Below, in pieces: positions 50,085-60,005 of a stretch of DNA of 64,000 nt (the stretch's first letter is position 1; the number at the start of each line of letters is the position of its first letter). The notes under the pieces are model-generated. The model saw nothing but the letters and a program-made list of their open reading frames with translations, did not search any database and had not been told where the DNA came from. Both the position numbers and the translations under genes were made by a program. The stretch comes from Mariniblastus sp. (lineage in GTDB: Bacteria; Planctomycetota; Planctomycetia; Pirellulales; Pirellulaceae), in NCBI GenBank assembly GCA_965250075.1, contig CBDFNH010000007.1, positions 554,709 through 618,708 on the forward strand, read 5' to 3'.

Positions 50085-50480
50085 CTACCAGATCTCGCAA
50101 AGGACTTCGCCGCCGAGCTTCTGCTGCCGCGCTTCGCGATCGGACATCATTCCCTGCGAAGTGCTGAGAATCGAAATACCGAGCCCGTTGAGTACCGGTC
50201 GCAGATCTTTGGCGCGGGAATAAACACGACAGCCGGGCTTGCTGACACGTTTAATCTTGCGAATAATCTGTTCGCCGCTTGGTCCGTATTTCAGGTCGAT
50301 ACGCAGCTGGCCTACCGGATCCGCTTCTTCTGCGGACCAGTCCCAGATAAAGCCCTCGCGTTTGAGAACTTCTGCGACGCCCGTTTTCACTTTGGAAATG
50401 GGCATTTCAACCATCGGCCGTTCAACACTTACCGCGTTACGAATGCGGGTAAGCATGTCGGCAATAGGGTCTGTCATCAT
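50085..50480 (-). CDS. rpsH: 30S ribosomal protein S8
   Basis: MMTDPIADMLTRIRNA...GGEVLCEIW. Confidence 0.95.
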   Translation of the reverse strand: MMTDPIADMLTRIRNAVSVERPMVEMPISKVKTGVAEVLKREGFIWDWSAEEADPVGQLRIDLKYGPSGEQIIRKIKRVSKPGCRVYSRAKDLRPVLNGLGISILSTSQGMMSDREARQQKLGGEVLCEIW

Positions 50481-50535
50481 AGTTGCGTGTTTCCCTCAAA
50501 ACTCGCTTCGCCAAAAACTCCGGTCAGCGGTTACG

Positions 50536-50721
50536 TTACCAACTGGCCTTTCGAACTCCAGGAATCAAACCTCGATCGGCCAGATTGCGAAAGCAGATCC
50601 GGCAGACACCAAATTTGCGATAGACCGCTCGCGGCCGACCACACAATTGACAACGCCGTTCACGACGCACGGGGTACTTGGGTTCCCGATTCGCTTTGGC
50701 TATTTTCGATTTTCTTGCCAC
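50536..50721 (-). CDS. rpsN: 30S ribosomal protein S14, zinc-binding type Z (61 aa)
   Basis: GTG start. [22 protein letters not shown] (CxxC...CxxC), ends KASW. Confidence 0.95.
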   Translation of the reverse strand: MARKSKIAKANREPKYPVRRERRCQLCGRPRAVYRKFGVCRICFRNLADRGLIPGVRKASW

Positions 50722-50816
50722 AGCAAAAACCTGTTAAAGAGTTAGTTGTAGAACGGAACTCATGCCGTTCACGAGTATGTTGTTATTTCGCTCTGCCACG
50801 ACGGAATGAATCCGTT

Positions 50817-51386
50817 CTACGCAACAGCTTCTTCCTCTTTTTTGTTGTCTTTGAACGGCATGCCGAACATCCGAAGCATCTCGCGACCTTCTTCATCGCT
50901 CTCAGCCGACGTTACCAGGACAATATTCATTCCCTGCGTCCGAGTGTACTTATCCGGGTTCAATTCCGGGAAAACCACATACTCGTTTAATCCGAGCGAG
51001 TAGTTTCCACGACCGTCAAATGCCTTCTCATTGATTCCGCGAAAGTCACGAACACGAGGAAGAGCAAGGTTGACCAGGCGATCCAGGAACTCGAACATCC
51101 GGTCACCGCGAAGCGTCACCTTACAGCCGATCGACTGGCCTTCACGCAAACGAAAGTTCGCGATCGACTTACGGGCCTTGGTGATGACAGGCTTCTGGCC
51201 GGCGATCAATTCCATGGCTGACGACGCGTCTTCAAGATCTTTTTTATCCTGAGTCGCTGAGCCGACACCCATGTTGATGATGATCTTTTCCAGCTTCGGA
51301 AGCGACAGGATGTTCTTGCGATTGAATTTCTTCGCAAGTTCCGGTCGAACCGTTGTATCGTAAAATTCTCTTAATCGAGCAGCCAT
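50817..51386 (-). CDS. rplE: 50S ribosomal protein L5
   Basis: MAARLREFYDTTVRPEL...NMGVGSATQDKK...RDFRG. Confidence 0.95.
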   Translation of the reverse strand: MAARLREFYDTTVRPELAKKFNRKNILSLPKLEKIIINMGVGSATQDKKDLEDASSAMELIAGQKPVITKARKSIANFRLREGQSIGCKVTLRGDRMFEFLDRLVNLALPRVRDFRGINEKAFDGRGNYSLGLNEYVVFPELNPDKYTRTQGMNIVLVTSAESDEEGREMLRMFGMPFKDNKKEEEAVA

Positions 51387-51502
51387 GCCGCTGTCTCCCC
51401 CCGAAATCGGGTTTTGGTCTCTGGTCGTTTTTGTTTCCTGCCGGCGACAAGCTCAAAGCCTGTGCACCCAAATCGCCTGGTCACTTCGCATTTACTTCGC
51501 GT

Positions 51503-51871
51503 CTAAATCACTTCGTTCGCGAGGCTGACAATCTTCATGTAGTTCTTGTCCCGCAACTCACGGGCAACCGCACCGAAGATCCGTGTGCCCTGCGGGTTTT
51601 TGTCTTTGTCAATAATGACTGCCGCATTCGTGTCAAATCGAATGTAGCTGCCGTCCGAGCGGCGGGTTGGTGCTTTGGTCCGCACGATCACAGCCTGGAC
51701 AATGGACTTCTTTTTGATGTCGCTACCGGGAATGACACTTTTCACGCTGCACACGATCGTGTCACCGAGTCCGGCCGTCCGGCGCCGCGAACCGCCGAGC
51801 ACCTTGATGCACATCAGCTCACGGGCACCCGTGTTGTCCGCGACTTCTAGTCTGGTTTCCTGTTGAATCAT
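51503..51871 (-). CDS. rplN: 50S ribosomal protein L14
   Basis: [27 protein letters not shown]. Confidence 0.96.
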   Translation of the reverse strand: MIQQETRLEVADNTGARELMCIKVLGGSRRRTAGLGDTIVCSVKSVIPGSDIKKKSIVQAVIVRTKAPTRRSDGSYIRFDTNAAVIIDKDKNPQGTRIFGAVARELRDKNYMKIVSLANEVI

Positions 51872-51969
51872 TTCCGGCTTCGCTTGTTCTAATGTCTGTT
51901 CGATTTGCCCGTGACGTTCTCGTTCGGACTCGTCATTTCAGACTTACCCGATGGTATCCGTTTGAGCGA

Positions 51970-52275
51970 CTACTCGCCTGTCTCAGATTCAGCGGCTGCT
52001 TTGGCAGCCCGCATCGCCTGGAGATCCACCTCGCGGCTTTTCTCAATCACCTCAACCAGGTTCCAGCGTTTCTTCTTGGAGGTCGGTGGAGCTTCGATGA
52101 TTTTCACCGTGTCGCCCTGACCGGACTCGTTGTTTTCGTCGTGGACATAACAGATAGTCCGCTTGCGAACGATCTTGCCGTATTTCGCGTGACGAACCAT
52201 CCGCGGAATCTCAACGACCCGGGTCTTATTCATCTTGTCACTTTTGACTTTTCCGACTGCTTCGCGCTTAGGCAT
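51970..52275 (-). CDS. rpsQ: 30S ribosomal protein S17
   Basis: GKVKSDKMNKTRVVEIPRMVRHAKYGKIVRKRTICYVHDENN...GDTVKI. Confidence 0.93.
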   Translation of the reverse strand: MPKREAVGKVKSDKMNKTRVVEIPRMVRHAKYGKIVRKRTICYVHDENNESGQGDTVKIIEAPPTSKKKRWNLVEVIEKSREVDLQAMRAAKAAAESETGE

Positions 52276-52371
52276 TTTGTTTCTCTGCTAAATCTCTTTT
52301 TTTAATCTCAATCTCCGCCTTCCAGTCAGCCGCGGCTATCACCAACCGGCTGATTCATGTCCCGGCGGACT

Positions 52372-52596
52372 CTACGCCGAGGCAGTTGCTCTCGCAGCAA
52401 TTTCTCGTTCGGTCTGAATCGTTTTAACGCGGGCGATCAAGCGGCGATTCCGCATCAATTCCGAAGGTACGTCGAGCCGTTCGGTTTGCGACTGTACACG
52501 CAGCTTGAATAAGGCCTTGCTGGCTTCTTTGAGCGTCGCGTTCAGATGATCATCGCTCATCTCGCGCAATTCTGAGTTGGATGTAATTGTCGCCAT
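52372..52596 (-). CDS. rpmC: 50S ribosomal protein L29
   Basis: ATG at 52596 (MATITSNSELREMSDDHLNATLKEASKALFKLRVQ) inside the longer ORF 52372..52650. Confidence 0.9.
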   Translation of the reverse strand: MATITSNSELREMSDDHLNATLKEASKALFKLRVQSQTERLDVPSELMRNRRLIARVKTIQTEREIAARATASA

Positions 52597-52637
52597 CGGT
52601 TGTCTGCTTATTCTGCTGGTTACATTCTGCTGGTTAC

Positions 52638-52659
52638 GTAGTGTTGGCATCCTGCCGAC
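52638..52659. repeat. REP-like hairpin, inverted orientation (GTAGTGTTGGCA-TCC-TGCCGAC)
   Basis: In the rplP-rpmC spacer. On the transcribed (minus) strand the loop reads GGA, 42 nt upstream of the rpmC ATG. Confidence 0.8.
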
Positions 52660-52707
52660 GGGTTAATTCTTCCTTAACGCCGGCTGGAAGCCCGCTACAG
52701 GTTTGCG

Positions 52708-53124
52708 CTACATCGTGCGGCGTTTTACCATTCGCACCTTGAACGGCATCTTATGAGCCAGGCGAGCGAAACAAATTTTCGCTTGAGCCTCACTCACACC
52801 GCTCAATTCGTAAAGGACCGTGCCCGGACGGATGGTAGCCACCCAGTATTCCGGTTCACCCTTACCTTTGCCCATCCTTGTTTCAAGCGGCGTCGATGTA
52901 ATCGAACGATGCGGGAAAACGCGAATGTACAACTTACCTTCGCCCCGGATGTATTGCTGAGCAGCAATCCGTCCGGCTTCAATGGTCTGCGCTTTGAGCC
53001 AACCGGGCTCAAGCGACTGCAGTCCGAAATCTCCAAAGACAACGGTATTACCCCTGGAGGCTTTACCTTTTATATGTCCTCTTTGGACCTTTCGATGTTT
53101 TACCCTTTTTGGCATCAACGCCAT
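52708..53124 (-). CDS. rplP: 50S ribosomal protein L16
   Basis: ATG at 53124 (MALMPKRVKHRKVQRG) or 53115 (MPKR). Overlaps the rpsC 3' end by 62 or 53 nt in another frame. Confidence 0.93.
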   Translation of the reverse strand: MALMPKRVKHRKVQRGHIKGKASRGNTVVFGDFGLQSLEPGWLKAQTIEAGRIAAQQYIRGEGKLYIRVFPHRSITSTPLETRMGKGKGEPEYWVATIRPGTVLYELSGVSEAQAKICFARLAHKMPFKVRMVKRRTM

Positions 53125-53770
53125 CGGTCTCTTCTCCGTATAATCCCTGGTTAATCCAAACCTGAACGCCAATGTGCCCCTGTGCCGTCAGAGCTTCAGT
53201 GAAGCCCCAGTCAATATGTGCACGCAGGGTACTCAATGGAATCGATCCGGAAATTTGTTTTTCTCGACGAGCCATTTCAGCTCCACCCAACCGGCCCGCC
53301 AGCTGAATCTTGATCCCTTTCGCTCCGGCTTCCATCGTCTCTTCCATCGCACGTTTCATTGTGCGGCGGAAACTCGAACGCTTTTGCAGCTGTTCGGCGA
53401 TCTTCTCAGCCACCAGCTGAGCGCGAAGCTCGGGGCGTCCGATCTCTTCAATCTTCAAATTGATTTTTCTTCCGACGAGGTTTTGAATCTCGTCCTGCAG
53501 TCGCTCGATCTCCGAGCCCTTTTTACCGATGATCAAACCGGGCCGGGCAACGTGCAACGTCACGCGGACTTCGTCGCGGGTTCGGTCGATCTCAATCCGA
53601 TCAATCCCGGCCGCTTTGTAATTTTGAGTCGGGTGTTTCTTGATGAAGTCACGGATCCGCTTGTCTTCCACAAGCAGAGCTGCGAACTCCTTCTTCGGAG
53701 CGTACCAGCGGCTTTTCCAGCCTTCCATCACGCCCAGACGGAAACCGATTGGATTTACTTTTTGACCCAT
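53063..53770 (-). CDS. rpsC: 30S ribosomal protein S3 with Lys-rich C-terminal extension
   Basis: MGQKVNPIGFRLG...KH domain...GRLGGAEMAR. The tail DGVDAKKGKTSKGPKRTYKR is encoded inside the rplP 5' region. Confidence 0.95.
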   Translation of the reverse strand: MGQKVNPIGFRLGVMEGWKSRWYAPKKEFAALLVEDKRIRDFIKKHPTQNYKAAGIDRIEIDRTRDEVRVTLHVARPGLIIGKKGSEIERLQDEIQNLVGRKINLKIEEIGRPELRAQLVAEKIAEQLQKRSSFRRTMKRAMEETMEAGAKGIKIQLAGRLGGAEMARREKQISGSIPLSTLRAHIDWGFTEALTAQGHIGVQVWINQGLYGEETDGVDAKKGKTSKGPKRTYKR

Positions 53771-53878
53771 GAGTTCTCTTTATTGCGTTAGCTGATTGAG
53801 CTTTTGTCTACGTCGTGTTGCATTTATTCGCGTTGTCAATTAACCGCAGCTATCGCCGTGCGGCTGAGTTTTTCGTCG

Positions 53879-54226
53879 TTATATTTCGTCGATCTCAACA
53901 CTGATGTGAGACATTCGTTTTTTGATCAGGTGCGACATCCCGCGTCCGCCCGGACGCATCCGCTTGAACATCGGTCCGCCATCGATCCGTGCATCGGTGA
54001 TCAGCAGATTATGCTCGTCAACAATCCGGCCCGGATTCTGTTCCGGGTCCTGAGCGTTGGCCAGCGCGGTTTGTATCACACGCTCAAGCATCCGCGCTCC
54101 GCGATGAGGCTGAAAGCGGAGGATGTCCAGCGCTTCGTCGACAAACTTCCCGCGAACAAGGTCGGCCAGCGGGCGTACCTTACGCGGGCTGATCCGGGCA
54201 TAGCGATGTGTTGAATTGAATGGCAT
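53879..54226 (-). CDS. rplV: 50S ribosomal protein L22
   Basis: RISPRKVRPLADLVRGK...RMRPGGRGMSHLIKKRMSHISVEI. Confidence 0.95.
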   Translation of the reverse strand: MPFNSTHRYARISPRKVRPLADLVRGKFVDEALDILRFQPHRGARMLERVIQTALANAQDPEQNPGRIVDEHNLLITDARIDGGPMFKRMRPGGRGMSHLIKKRMSHISVEIDEI

Positions 54227-54274
54227 GAGATTGCTTGATCTGTTGATCGTCGTTTGGTTTGTATTTTGCTTCTA

Positions 54275-54544
54275 TTACTTACGCTTCGATCCGGCGTGTC
54301 CGCGGAATGTTCGCGTTGGCGCGAACTCACCCAGCTTATGACCGACCATGTCCTCGGTGATCTGGACCTTCATGTGCTGACGACCGTTGTGAACCATAAA
54401 CGTATATCCGATGAATTCAGGAACGACCGTGCAGGCCCGAGCCCACGTCTTGATCGGCTCGCGCAAACCAGTGGCTTCCGCCTTCTGAACCTTGCGGTAC
54501 AGACTCTCGTCAACGAACGGGCCTTTTTTCTGGGATCTACTCAT
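54275..54544 (-). CDS. rpsS: 30S ribosomal protein S19
   Basis: [15 protein letters not shown]...[16 protein letters not shown]. Confidence 0.96.
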   Translation of the reverse strand: MSRSQKKGPFVDESLYRKVQKAEATGLREPIKTWARACTVVPEFIGYTFMVHNGRQHMKVQITEDMVGHKLGEFAPTRTFRGHAGSKRK

Positions 54545-54629
54545 GTTTTCCTGCTCGGCTGATTAGCTCGATTGTTTCCAATATTCTGAGACGGAATGAA
54601 CTCCGCTCTACTTCAATTTCAATAAACCG

Positions 54630-55487
54630 CTATTTCAATCTTAAAAGACCATAACGTCGCGATCGACGGCGACGAACGATCGCTGCATTCGATGCTTTCT
54701 TACGCTTACGAGTACCACCACCTTTGGCCGGAACTCCCGAAGGGCTCACCGGATGACGACCACCCTTGGTTCGACCCTCACCACCACCGTGAGGGTGATC
54801 GACAGGGTTCATCGCAGTACCGCGAACATGTGGGCGGCGACCGAGCCAGCGACTACGCCCGGCTTTGCCGAGCCGAATCGAACTGTGCTCCGAGTTTCCA
54901 ACGCGACCGATCGTTGCGCGGCAAGTCGAAGGCACACGACGAATCTCACCGCTCGGCAGCGAGATCTGAGCCCAACCACCTTCGCGAGCCATCAGGACCG
55001 CGTTGACTCCGGCACTGCGACACAAAATGCCGCCCTGACCGGGCCGCAACTCGACATTGTGAATCACGGTCGACAGGGGAATGTTTTTCAGCGGCAGGCA
55101 GTTTCCGACCGACGGGGGAGCGTCCGCTCCGCTTTCGACGGTCATGCCAGCCTTCAACTTATCAGGGGCAATGATGTATCGTTTTTCGCCGTCCAGATAA
55201 TACAGCAACGCAATCCGGGCACTGCGATTCGGATCGTACTGAATCGAGTTAACCGTTGCAGCTACACCATCTTTAGATCGCTTGAAGTCGATCACACGGT
55301 ACATCCGCTTGTGACCGCCACCGCGATGACGACAGGTAATCTTTCCCTGATTATTCCGACCGCCTTTTTTACGAATCGGGCGCAGCAGGTTCTTCTCCGG
55401 CTTTGCGCCTTTGGTCAGATCCTTGAAATCGCTGACGCTTGCGTCGCGGCGACCTGCTGATGTCGGTTTGTATTTTCTTATGCCCAT
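54630..55487 (-). CDS. rplB: 50S ribosomal protein L2
   Basis: [19 protein letters not shown]...[16 protein letters not shown]. Confidence 0.97.
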   Translation of the reverse strand: MGIRKYKPTSAGRRDASVSDFKDLTKGAKPEKNLLRPIRKKGGRNNQGKITCRHRGGGHKRMYRVIDFKRSKDGVAATVNSIQYDPNRSARIALLYYLDGEKRYIIAPDKLKAGMTVESGADAPPSVGNCLPLKNIPLSTVIHNVELRPGQGGILCRSAGVNAVLMAREGGWAQISLPSGEIRRVPSTCRATIGRVGNSEHSSIRLGKAGRSRWLGRRPHVRGTAMNPVDHPHGGGEGRTKGGRHPVSPSGVPAKGGGTRKRKKASNAAIVRRRRSRRYGLLRLK

Positions 55488-55577
55488 GGCTTTTATTTAT
55501 TGTTCAGCTGGATTTATTCTTGCCTGGTCTCGTCTTCACAGGCCTATTTCACAGGCCACAGGCCTATGCCACGCTTA

Positions 55578-55952
55578 TTAAAAGAAGTCGATCTTGTCGT
55601 CACCGGCGAGTGTGATAATCGCTTTCTTCCAGTCCTTGGTTCGACCCCAGGTAAACTTGTACCGGCGAGGCTTGCCCTTTCGGTTCTGAGTCGAAATTCC
55701 ACCGCGAGCAACCTTGACCTCAAACAGCGACTCAACGGCATTGCGAATGTCAGTTTTGGTCGCTGCAGGATTCACCTGAAACGTATACTGATTCAGGGCC
55801 TGCGATTGGAACACGCCTTTCTCAGTCACAACAGGCTTGATGATCACCTGATGCGGCTCCAGCGCCAGACCACCGCGCCGACTTTCGCCTTTAGCGCGCT
55901 TCTTGTCAGACGTTTTCGGTTTTAAGGCTTTTCGCTTCGGGGCTTTCGCCAT
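55578..55952 (-). CDS. rplW: 50S ribosomal protein L23 with basic N-terminal extension
   Basis: IIKPVVTEKGVFQSQALNQYTFQVNPAATKTDIRNAVESLFEVKV. Confidence 0.92.
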   Translation of the reverse strand: MAKAPKRKALKPKTSDKKRAKGESRRGGLALEPHQVIIKPVVTEKGVFQSQALNQYTFQVNPAATKTDIRNAVESLFEVKVARGGISTQNRKGKPRRYKFTWGRTKDWKKAIITLAGDDKIDFF

Positions 55953-55997
55953 TTCACCAACTCCAACTCTTTGTATTTACAAATCAGGCATGCGAAC

Positions 55998-56019
55998 GCG
56001 GGCAGGATGCCAACGCTAC
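55998..56019. repeat. REP-like hairpin (GCGGGCA-GGA-TGCCAACGCTAC), single copy
   Basis: In the 83-nt rplD-rplW spacer. The left arm is degenerate (GCGGGCA instead of GTCGGCA). Confidence 0.8.
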
Positions 56020-56035
56020 AGCCATCTTTCGACGA

Positions 56036-56677
56036 CTATCGCTCAACCTTGACTTTCGCTTTTTCTTTCAACTCGTCCATTGCTTCACGAGTCACCAGCA
56101 ACCGATGCTGACGCAAAATCGTCCACGCATTCAATTCGCTTGCAGGCGAAACGGAAACGCCCTGAATATTCCGGGCACTTTTGTACACATTCACGTCATA
56201 GCCGTTGGTGGCAATCAATGTTCGCTTGCCACCAAGATCCATCGCACCGATCATTCCCGCCATATCTTTTGTACGCGGCTGATCAAATGACAAACCGTCG
56301 ATCACAGCAACCTGACCGGCCTCAATCTTTCCAGCCATCGCCATCCGCGTCGCCAGGCGAACCGCCTTGCGGGGCAGGCGATACGAAAAATCGCGATTGT
56401 TCAATGCAAACGCATGACCGCCGCCGCGCCGAATATTCGACCTGCGGCTACCGGCACGAGCATTACCCGTTCCCTTCTGGCGGTACATTTTCTTCTTGTT
56501 ACCGGCAACTTCGGCACGCGTCTTTGTCTTCTTCGTTCCCTGCCGCGCACTGGCCTGGTACATCACGACCACGTCGTGCAACAACTGCTTGTTGATCGAC
56601 TCAGCAAACACAGCGGGATCGATATCGTACTTACCGACTTCTTTTCCGGATTTATCGTAAACAGGCAAATCTGCCAT
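56036..56677 (-). CDS. rplD: 50S ribosomal protein L4
   Basis: KKMYRQKGTGNARAGSRRSNIRRGGGHAF. Confidence 0.95.
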   Translation of the reverse strand: MADLPVYDKSGKEVGKYDIDPAVFAESINKQLLHDVVVMYQASARQGTKKTKTRAEVAGNKKKMYRQKGTGNARAGSRRSNIRRGGGHAFALNNRDFSYRLPRKAVRLATRMAMAGKIEAGQVAVIDGLSFDQPRTKDMAGMIGAMDLGGKRTLIATNGYDVNVYKSARNIQGVSVSPASELNAWTILRQHRLLVTREAMDELKEKAKVKVER

Positions 56678-56734
56678 GACTCAACTCGCTATTTGGATTC
56701 AACTTCAAGCAACACGCGAACAGTCGCGACCACG

Positions 56735-57454
56735 TTACTTCAGCATGTTTGTTTCTTTGACAATCAGGTAGCCGCCATTGGGGCCGGGCACCGCACCTTC
56801 AACCAGCAACAGATTGTTTTCGGCATCAACTTTGACCAGATTCAGATTGCGAACCGTGGCCTGCTTTCCGCCATAACGACCCGCCATCCGACGGCCCTTC
56901 ATGACACGACCCGGAGACGCACTCATACCGGTGCCACCCGCGTGGCGATGACATTTCTTGACTCCGTGCGTTGCACGCTGACCGGAGAAATTATGCCGCT
57001 TCATCACACCGGCGTAACCGCGACCCTTTGAAGTGCCGCTAACATCGACCGAATCGATACCTTCAAGAACATCGACCTTGATCTCCTGGCCGACTTCAAG
57101 CTCATCAAACCCGCCACGAAATTCGCGAACGAACTTTTTGGGCTCACAACCGGCCTTCGCAACAGCATCAACTCCGGCGAGAGCGCGATTCTTTGACCGC
57201 TTGCTCTTGATGTCGGCAACGTGACCGCGTTCTGAGCGGGAAGCCTGTGACTGACGGGTCCGCTTGTCTTTTTGCGGACGCTTTTTATCAAGATAACCCA
57301 ACTGAACAGCGCTATAGCCGTCGCGGTCCTCGGTGCGGACCTGCAAAACGTGGCAGGGGCCGGCCTGAATTACAGTAACCGGAGTTGCAACACCTGTCTC
57401 AGGGTGCAGAACCTGCGTCATCCCGACCTTGCGGCCGAGTATTCCTTTTGCCAT
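56735..57454 (-). CDS. rplC: 50S ribosomal protein L3
   Basis: MAKGILGRKVGMTQV...GTSKGRGYAGVMKRHNFSG. Confidence 0.96.
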   Translation of the reverse strand: MAKGILGRKVGMTQVLHPETGVATPVTVIQAGPCHVLQVRTEDRDGYSAVQLGYLDKKRPQKDKRTRQSQASRSERGHVADIKSKRSKNRALAGVDAVAKAGCEPKKFVREFRGGFDELEVGQEIKVDVLEGIDSVDVSGTSKGRGYAGVMKRHNFSGQRATHGVKKCHRHAGGTGMSASPGRVMKGRRMAGRYGGKQATVRNLNLVKVDAENNLLLVEGAVPGPNGGYLIVKETNMLK

Positions 57455-57589
57455 GACTATTTCGCCTTGTAATGTTGGGCTGTCCGGAGGAAGCGCGACC
57501 TATGTCGCCTTATCCCCGGGACGTCCGTTCATATATTCTTGCTTCATTATTTACGCAAAAAGCAGCCGATGATGACTGCTCGTTAATAT

Positions 57590-57913
57590 CTACTTGGTTG
57601 ATGCTTTGATCTTGATCTCGACACCGGCTGGAAGACTCAGCTTATTAAGGGCTTCGATTGTCTTTGCGGTCGCCTGCACAATATCGATCAGCCGTTTGTG
57701 AGTCCGGATTTCGAACTGTTGACGGGCTTTCTTATTGACAAACGGGCTGGACAAAACCGTATAACGCTCAATTCGAGTCGGCAGCGGAATCGGGCCATGC
57801 ACTTCCGAGTGAGTCCGTTTTGCGGCTTCCACAATTTCCTGAGCGCTCTGGTCCAGGATCGAATGGTCGTAAGCTTCCATTCGAATTCGGATTACTTCAT
57901 GAATTGCAGCCAC
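57590..57913 (-). CDS. rpsJ: 30S ribosomal protein S10
   Basis: GTG start. [27 protein letters not shown]...GPIPLPT...[12 protein letters not shown]. Confidence 0.95.
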   Translation of the reverse strand: MAAIHEVIRIRMEAYDHSILDQSAQEIVEAAKRTHSEVHGPIPLPTRIERYTVLSSPFVNKKARQQFEIRTHKRLIDIVQATAKTIEALNKLSLPAGVEIKIKASTK

Positions 57914-58210
57914 TAAGATTCACCCCAACGAGTTCTGCCACTCACCAAACTTCGTACGAATACCACAAAACCGGTATCAAAGGTGCGAAAGATCGTGAGC
58001 TGTTTGCATCCGGCAATCACAGCGCTGTCAGGGAATGAGCCGGAAAAAGCCTGCAATTTGCAGACTAAGCGACTCGCAGATCAACCCACGAACCAGCGCA
58101 AGAACGCCTCCTCCGGCTCTCGCCGAAGGTGAAACCGCTAAATTTATGACCCACGATGAGAACCGTCAACCGCAAAAACCGGGAAAACGGTCCTTGGATC
58201 AAGCCGTTGG

Positions 58211-58507
58211 TTATTCGGAGTCCGAAGGAACACTGCCACCATTTCCCTTGGTTATTTCCACCACCTGGCAACAACGGCGAACGAGTGACGTCAGAACATC
58301 ATCGATACATCTACTATCGTCACCTTCCCAAAATCCGTGCAGGCTATCGAGCTCCTGCTTCAAGTCGTCAACCAGGACCTGAACTGACTCGACGTCGATC
58401 TCACCTCTTCCAGAAGGAATCTTCAGTACGTCCATTACCACTTCCTTGAGCGAATTCAAGTTCTGCAATTCTTCAAATATTTCGTCATCAGTCCCCTCTG
58501 CCGCCAA
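58211..58507 (-). CDS. hypothetical acidic protein (98 aa, TTG start in track; start uncertain)
   Basis: ORF only. No motif recognised. Lies between the MscS-like gene and the rpsJ leader on the same strand. Confidence 0.3.
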   Translation of the reverse strand: MAAEGTDDEIFEELQNLNSLKEVVMDVLKIPSGRGEIDVESVQVLVDDLKQELDSLHGFWEGDDSRCIDDVLTSLVRRCCQVVEITKGNGGSVPSDSE

Positions 58508-58534
58508 GACATCGATACATTGGTTAAGGTGCGA

Positions 58535-59413
58535 TTACTCACCCGTAGATTCGATCTCGCTTTTCACCTGTGCTATTTTTGCCTCCGGCATGTACGTATG
58601 GCTGGTGGGAGCAGCTTGGTAATGCCTACGTTTTCGGGCAGCCGATTTAGCTTTTGAGGCTACTTTCGGAATTGTTAGCCGATTTGCATCTATCCGACGT
58701 TGAGCTACGAAAGCAGGCGAGACAATTTCGACCTGATTTTCATGCAACTCATCCAGTAGTTTTTCAATGTCGGCGAGTGTTCCAGTCACACGATAACTAA
58801 TCGAGTAGTCTCCCAGTTCATCAACATGCACGACCGCTTCATTGAGCCCGGCCCTTTCGGTTGCCGCGCGCAGCAAACACTGACTAACCGTGGCATGATG
58901 CACGTCATAGCCCAGAGACACCTTGCTGGTAATAACGGTCCCCCTTTTTTTGAGAAATTTCGCAGGCGTTCCAGACATGTAGGTGTATGGAACGATAATA
59001 GAGTCGTTGTGAACGTTTTGAAGCTTTAGATGAAACAAGCCTTTTTCGACAACCTTCCCGAAATGATCTCCGACCTCAACTCAATCTCCGTCACCAAAAT
59101 TCTCGGCTCGGTTAACAAGGAAACCGGCCATTGCGTTTGCCACAAATGATGATGACGAGATGGCCAGCAACGATGAAATGATGAGCCCGAAAATGGTAGC
59201 AAACAGAGCCCGATTGGACACATCAACCTCGGCAAACAGGATTGCAACAATACCAACAAACGAATAGCAAACGCAAAGCGAAGGGAAGATCAACTTCTGG
59301 TCACCTTCCGGCTTGGGTATCTTCCGATTCAAACGGACTCTCGTCAGCCAGATCGCAAGCCCAACCAGGACTAAAACCGCAAATACAAACAGAATTGAAT
59401 ACAAAAAAGACAT
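58535..59413 (-). pseudogene. MscS-family mechanosensitive channel interrupted by one in-frame TGA (59081-59083)
   Basis: ORF 59081..59452 gives 3 TM helices then ...ANAMAGFLVNRAENFGDGD. After the TGA the same frame continues VEVGDHFGKVVEKGLFHLKLQNVHNDSIIVPYTYM... (ORF 58535..59038). The combined ~291 aa is typical for MscS. Confidence 0.75.
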
Positions 59414-60005
59414 CCGGCATCCTTTCGCGCATTGAACCAGTTTGGATTGCAATGAATTGGAACCGAGAGGCGAACGCCTGTCAAAAAGAGACCCTGTTGG
59501 CTGGGGATCAAAATGCCACGGTCCAACGTTGACAACGACTTCATCGCCAAACCCCTTTACCCGATAAAGCGATCAACCGACGATGGCAACTCTCAAAAAT
59601 CAACTCTGGAGAGTTGAACAGAACGAACAAGTGGCGCACCCAATCAGTCAGCCGTCCGGCAAACGCCCCTTCGATGACTATTGCCAAAGACGATTGCCAA
59701 AGTACTTCCTCTCGAAGTAAATATGACGACCAGTTGGGTTGTTACGCTACAGGCGCAGACTCGCCTCGGAATCGACGCCCTCGTAAAATCTGAACCACGA
59801 AAAAGCTTCGGCAAGCGGATGATTGAGCAACATATACACGCTCTCCGGCTTCGAGCGAGCCGAATGTTTGGATCCGTAAGATGTTGTACGCTGTGGACTT
59901 AACTGAATTGCCGGTAGTTGGCAAATTTTCCCGGGCGAGTACGCTGGTCAGACGTTACGATTTATCAGTTGGAACGGCGGATAAATTTCGTAGAATATGC
60001 AGCAT

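Noticed and set aside
59081-59083. Selenocysteine or other programmed recoding of the in-frame TGA in the MscS-like gene (and 34966-34968 in the HNH gene)
   Set aside because: I could not find a convincing SECIS-type hairpin immediately downstream. The position is not a catalytic or redox Cys in either family. No sel genes are in the window, and the HNH gene also carries a frameshift. A nonsense mutation or sequencing error is more parsimonious.
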